A program made the translations under genes and the position numbers. This document shows, piece after piece, positions 59,047-64,000 of a DNA stretch of 64,000 nucleotides. Position 1 is the stretch's first letter, and each line of letters begins with the position of its first letter. The stretch covers positions 2,603 to 66,602 of the forward strand of contig JAUWTM010000004.1 in NCBI GenBank assembly GCA_030614715.1. Direction: 5' to 3'. The DNA comes from Planctomycetota bacterium. Lineage in GTDB: Bacteria; JAJVIF01; JAPKYR01. The notes beneath the pieces are model-generated. The model had not been told where the DNA came from and did no database searches. It saw nothing but the letters and a program-made list of their open reading frames with translations.

Positions 59047-59889
59047 ATGGTAGTCGATACACATTGCCATCTTACCCTTCGATTCGAGCCAGATGAGCTT
59101 GCAGGAGTGCTCCATAACGCCGTTGATGCGGGAGTTGAGGGTGTACTGCTGGTCGGGTACTGCCCGGTTCATTACCGTCGGACTGCGGATATCCTTGACC
59201 AGTTTGGTTCAGGCGGTGGATCACTTCCGGCACTGGCTGGTACGATCGGGATTCATCCTCACGAAGCTGATAATTACGGGCCTTCCGATATCGAATTTTT
59301 TGGTGGTGAATTGGAGCGCCAGGATATTGTGGCGATCGGTGAAACAGGGCTGGATTTCTTCCGGGATTACGCGGACAGGACACGTCAGGAGGATTTATTT
59401 AATGCGCAGGTCGCCCTCGCCGCTGAATCCGGATACCCGCTTGTAATCCATTCGAGGAATGCATTCGATCGGACAATTGAAATTCTTGAGAACTATGATC
59501 TGCCCGATAAACCGGGTGTTTTTCACTGTTACGGTTACGGTCCGGATGAGATCGATAAGGTTACCGGCATGGGTTTTTACGTATCATTCGCCGGTAACCT
59601 GACATACCCGAAAGCAACCGAGCTTCACAGCGCGGCACGTAAAGCTCCGGAAGACAGAATACTTACTGAGACAGACAGTCCCTTCCTGATTCCCAACAAG
59701 GCGAAAAATCGGAAGGTGCGAAGGTGTGAACCTGCCAACGTGATCGAAACAGCGGAGAAGCTGAGTGAGTTCAGGGGATGGACACTTGAGAAGACAAGTA
59801 ATATTGTGAGTGTAAACACGCTGAATTGTTTTCCATTGCTCAGAAATATAGAGCCATGGGCTGAGATCGGTCGGGGGGTGGATGCCTGA
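59047..59889 (+). CDS. tatD: TatD-family metal-dependent hydrolase (DNase)
   Basis: VVDTHCHL first metal-binding motif and conserved His/Asp/Glu positions. The ORF-track GTG at 59032 is possible; ATG at 59047 gives the canonical N-terminus. Confidence 0.85.
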   Translation: MVVDTHCHLTLRFEPDELAGVLHNAVDAGVEGVLLVGYCPVHYRRTADILDQFGSGGGSLPALAGTIGIHPHEADNYGPSDIEFFGGELERQDIVAIGETGLDFFRDYADRTRQEDLFNAQVALAAESGYPLVIHSRNAFDRTIEILENYDLPDKPGVFHCYGYGPDEIDKVTGMGFYVSFAGNLTYPKATELHSAARKAPEDRILTETDSPFLIPNKAKNRKVRRCEPANVIETAEKLSEFRGWTLEKTSNIVSVNTLNCFPLLRNIEPWAEIGRGVDA

Positions 59890-60677
59890 TGGCAACGCGC
59901 TACTTCGTACTTCTCTCGGTAATTCTTGCCGGCACCGACCAGCTTACCAAATGGCTCGCACGTGAATACCTGCCTGAAAGAATCCAGCACGAAATTATCC
60001 CGGAATTTTTCCGGGTCACGCTGAACTATAACGAGGGAATCGCATGGGGCATGCTGCCTGAGTGGAGCGAGTACTTTACATACTTCGCAATCATCATGGT
60101 ACTCGTGATCCTCATGATCCTCCGTAAGCTTGACAAGGACGAGGTCTGGCTCAAGACGGCACTCGCCTTCCAGATGGCTGGGGCAATCGGCAACATGGCC
60201 GACCGCCTGATGTACCACAAGGTGACCGACTTCCTTGATGTCACGCTGTTTCCCGGAACGGGCTGGGAATACGACTGGCCGATATTTAATCTCGCCGACA
60301 GTTTTGTCGTTGTCGGAACAATCGTGCTGGTGCTGGTATTGCTTCTCGCGCGCGAACAGGTTGATGATCCGAAACCTGCTTCCGAAAAAGTGCATGGTAG
60401 TCTCACCGGGCTGCCCGACGAACGCGGTGGATGGGAAGAATCCGAACGGCTGCCGGGAAGTATCGCAATGGATGAGGGGCTCCGGGAAATACCTGTCGAG
60501 GAACCGAGTGAAATGCTGGTGCCTTTTGAAGAGGTGGACGGTACTCAACCCGAGGAACTTGACGAACCCCTTGGTAATGAACCGGATACGATAAAAGAGC
60601 CTGTCGATAAACCTGTTCTTGAGGACAAAGGGGGCGGCCTCAGCGAACTCAGCAGGCGTCCGGAACCCAACGATTAA
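59889..60677 (+). CDS. lspA: lipoprotein signal peptidase II with acidic C-terminal extension of about 100 aa
   Basis: NEGIAWG and FNLADSFVVVG motifs; four TM helices; TGATG overlap with tatD. Confidence 0.85.
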   Translation: MATRYFVLLSVILAGTDQLTKWLAREYLPERIQHEIIPEFFRVTLNYNEGIAWGMLPEWSEYFTYFAIIMVLVILMILRKLDKDEVWLKTALAFQMAGAIGNMADRLMYHKVTDFLDVTLFPGTGWEYDWPIFNLADSFVVVGTIVLVLVLLLAREQVDDPKPASEKVHGSLTGLPDERGGWEESERLPGSIAMDEGLREIPVEEPSEMLVPFEEVDGTQPEELDEPLGNEPDTIKEPVDKPVLEDKGGGLSELSRRPEPND

Positions 60678-60682
60678 AGAAA

Positions 60683-61748
60683 ATGACTTCGCCGGTTTTC
60701 CAGTACGAGGAAAAGGTGGATAAATCAAGGGCTGAACAGCGCCTTGACACATTCCTGCTTGACTTTCCGTTCGATGAATTCGACGAAGCATTGTCGCCGT
60801 CGCGCACCACGATCCAGAAATGGATCGAGGATGAGTGCGTGGTGGTCAACAATGCTGTTATGACGTCAAAATCCTACAAGGTCCGTCCCGGCGATCTTAT
60901 AAGGCTCGAAGTAGTTATCGAATCGGAGATCGAGACGCCCCCTCCGGAAGACCTCGATATCCCAGTCGTATATCAGGACGATCACATACTCGTAATCGAT
61001 AAACCTCCGGGAATCAGCAGCCATCCGACACTGAACGCGATGACTGGATCGGTAGTCAACTTCCTTTATTACAAGGGGATCTCGCTGCCACCGACATCGC
61101 ATCCACTCCGACCGGGGATAGTGCACCGTCTCGATAAATATACCAGCGGACTTATGGTTATCGCTCGCACCGATCAGGCGATGTCGCGTCTGATCGAGAT
61201 GATCAAGGACCGGGATATTCAGCGAATTTACCTTGCGTTAGTCTTTGGAAGTCCGCCGCTGGATTCAGGAACCGTTGAAAAACCGATCGGACGTCACCCG
61301 ACATACCGAAAACGTATGACTGTAACACGTGAGTCTGCGGGAAAACCCGCGAAGACCCATTTCCGTGTACTAACCAGGTATCCTGGGTTCAGCCTTGTCG
61401 GATGCAAGCTGGATACGGGTCGGACGCACCAGATAAGGGTGCATATGTCCAATCTCGGGTATCCTGTTGCGGCGGATCAGATATACGGTGGTAAGAAGGC
61501 TGCCGATAAGGTTGCGCGCACGCTGAAGAGTATGTCTAAGAAGGATCGGGAATTTGCGAAAATTGAGAAGGTGTTGGAGAGGATCACAGCAATTCTGGAA
61601 TCAAGTAACGTCCACTTGTTACACGCAACGCGTCTGAAATTTCCGCATCCAGATTCCGGTGATCTGATGTCCTTCGCCAGTGAGCCGTCCGGGAAATTCG
61701 GCAAGGTGCTTGAACTCCTGGACACACTTCCCAAAGAGGAGACAAGTC

Positions 61749-61765
<17 letters not shown>
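60683..61765 (+). CDS. rluD: 23S rRNA pseudouridine synthase (RluA family, RluD-like) with N-terminal S4 domain
   Basis: S4-like N-terminus; catalytic HRLDKYTSGLMVIART motif. Confidence 0.85.
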
Positions 61766-62861
<1,096 letters not shown>

Positions 62862-62908
62862 ATAAAACGTTACTAATAACTGCATGCTATACTTTAATCG
62901 ATTGATTA

Positions 62909-63202
62909 ATGCTGAAAATCTCCGAACATACAGGTTATGTTGAATTTGAGGTCATAGCGAAGCCCAAAGCCAGCCGTAACGGGGTCGACGGCATCCACGA
63001 CGGTGCATTGAAAATCTCCGTTACAGCTCCCCCGGACAAGGGCAAGGCAAACGAAGCGATTACAAAGCTCCTCGCCGGCAATTTGAAGATTTCAAAATCA
63101 TCGATCTCAATTACCAGGGGTGCGACATCACGCAGGAAAACCGTACGGATTGAAGGAATCTCACAAGCGTCGATTCTCAGGCTCGTGGAGGCATCGCGAT
63201 GA
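62909..63202 (+). CDS. yggU: DUF167/YggU-family protein
   Basis: 97 aa; LKISVTAPPDKGKANEAITKLLAGNL...KSSISITRGATSRRKTVRIEG matches the YggU pattern. Confidence 0.7.
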   Translation: MLKISEHTGYVEFEVIAKPKASRNGVDGIHDGALKISVTAPPDKGKANEAITKLLAGNLKISKSSISITRGATSRRKTVRIEGISQASILRLVEASR

Positions 63203-63801
63203 GTCCCGACATGCGCATAAATGCCGGTAAGTACAAGGGGCGTAAGATTGCATCTGTGGATAGTGGTGATTATCGTCCCACAACGGGAATTATAAAAAAA
63301 TGCCTGTTTGATATGATCGGGGAGGACATTACCGACTCACGGTTTCTGGATTTATTCTGCGGAACCGGGCCGGTTGGAATCGAGGCCCTGAGCCGGGGAT
63401 CTGGATTTGTCGCTTTTCTGGATTCAGATCATTCACGCACGTGGACACTTGAAAAAAATCTTGATAAATTGGGGATCGACCGGGATAGTATCAAGGTGAT
63501 CACTAACGATTTCGCCGACGGTCTTCAGAAACTGATGGATCAGGAGTACAGTTTCGACCTGATATATATCGATCCGCCGTATAATTCGATCTCCCCCGGA
63601 CGCATACTGGGCGCAATCGTTCAGTCGAGGGTTCTGGAGAAATCGGGTTTGATTATTTACGAAGCCGGTCGAAATGAAGTAAAGGAACTGCTTGGCGAGA
63701 CACCCTCGGAGCTGTATCCATTGAAGGAGAGGGTGCATGGTGGGACGGCACTGGTATTTTTCAGATGGCGCGACGAGGAAATCCGCGATATGATGCAGTA
63801 G
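63199..63801 (+). CDS. rsmD: 16S rRNA (guanine966-N2)-methyltransferase
   Basis: [20 protein letters not shown] motif and IYIDPPY; ATGA overlap with yggU. Confidence 0.85.
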   Translation: MSPDMRINAGKYKGRKIASVDSGDYRPTTGIIKKCLFDMIGEDITDSRFLDLFCGTGPVGIEALSRGSGFVAFLDSDHSRTWTLEKNLDKLGIDRDSIKVITNDFADGLQKLMDQEYSFDLIYIDPPYNSISPGRILGAIVQSRVLEKSGLIIYEAGRNEVKELLGETPSELYPLKERVHGGTALVFFRWRDEEIRDMMQ

Positions 63802-63827
63802 TCGATATTCACGTCAGGAGCATTAAG

Positions 63828-64000
63828 ATGATAGGGATTTACCCAGGAACATTTGACCCAATCACACTCGGCCACCTCGACATAATCAAGAGGGCCAAGA
63901 AGGTTGTCGATACACTCATCGTGGCTGTCGGCAATAACCCGTCCAAGAAGACCACGTTCGATCTTGAGACGCGAATGAATATGATTCGCGACAGTATCGG
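63828..64000 (+). CDS. coaD: phosphopantetheine adenylyltransferase, N-terminal part (continues beyond the window)
   Basis: [20 protein letters not shown]; AGGAG RBS at 63816..63820. Confidence 0.85.
   Translation, partial: MIGIYPGTFDPITLGHLDIIKRAKKVVDTLIVAVGNNPSKKTTFDLETRMNMIRDSI

Overview
Gene-dense 64 kb window, roughly 55% GC, most likely from an uncultivated diderm (Gram-negative type), flagellated bacterium; almost everything is transcribed on the minus strand.

What I can support from sequence:
- scpB (partial) and scpA.
- A 14 kb tightly coupled minus-strand operon: Omp85-family barrel, multi-zinc-ribbon protein, vWA protein, Zn-ribbon plus tandem-FHA protein, Zn-ribbon plus Yip1-like membrane protein, three tandem paralogous GT-C membrane glycosyltransferases, and an SBBP beta-propeller lipoprotein.
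- A small zf-HC2 protein, a phosphodiester-glycosidase-like secreted protein, and murA.
- A roughly 2 kb AT-rich island carrying 3-4 orphan genes.
- A complete F1Fo ATP synthase operon (atpI-B-E-F-H-A-G-D-C) interrupted by three non-ATPase genes, with an insertion of about 88 aa inside AtpD.
- A PAS sensor histidine kinase followed by a 1305-aa protein made of three kinase-like domains, a PP2C-like domain and TPR repeats; all catalytic motifs look degenerate.
- A B12-binding radical SAM protein and ccdA.
- A flagellar rod/ring operon (flgF, flgG, flgA, flgH, flgI) headed by a secretin and an Ig-like lipoprotein.
- His phosphatase, yacL-like PIN/TRAM protein, ispD, an ispF::RNase-H-like fusion immediately followed by RNase P RNA (rnpB), tatD, lspA, rluD, a tgt gene interrupted by an in-frame TAG, yggU, rsmD and the start of coaD.

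No CRISPR array, tRNA, transposase or integrase was recognised.

The strongest candidates for an undescribed system are the FHA/vWA/Zn-ribbon/Omp85/GT-C/beta-propeller operon and the all-pseudoenzyme kinase/phosphatase scaffold.
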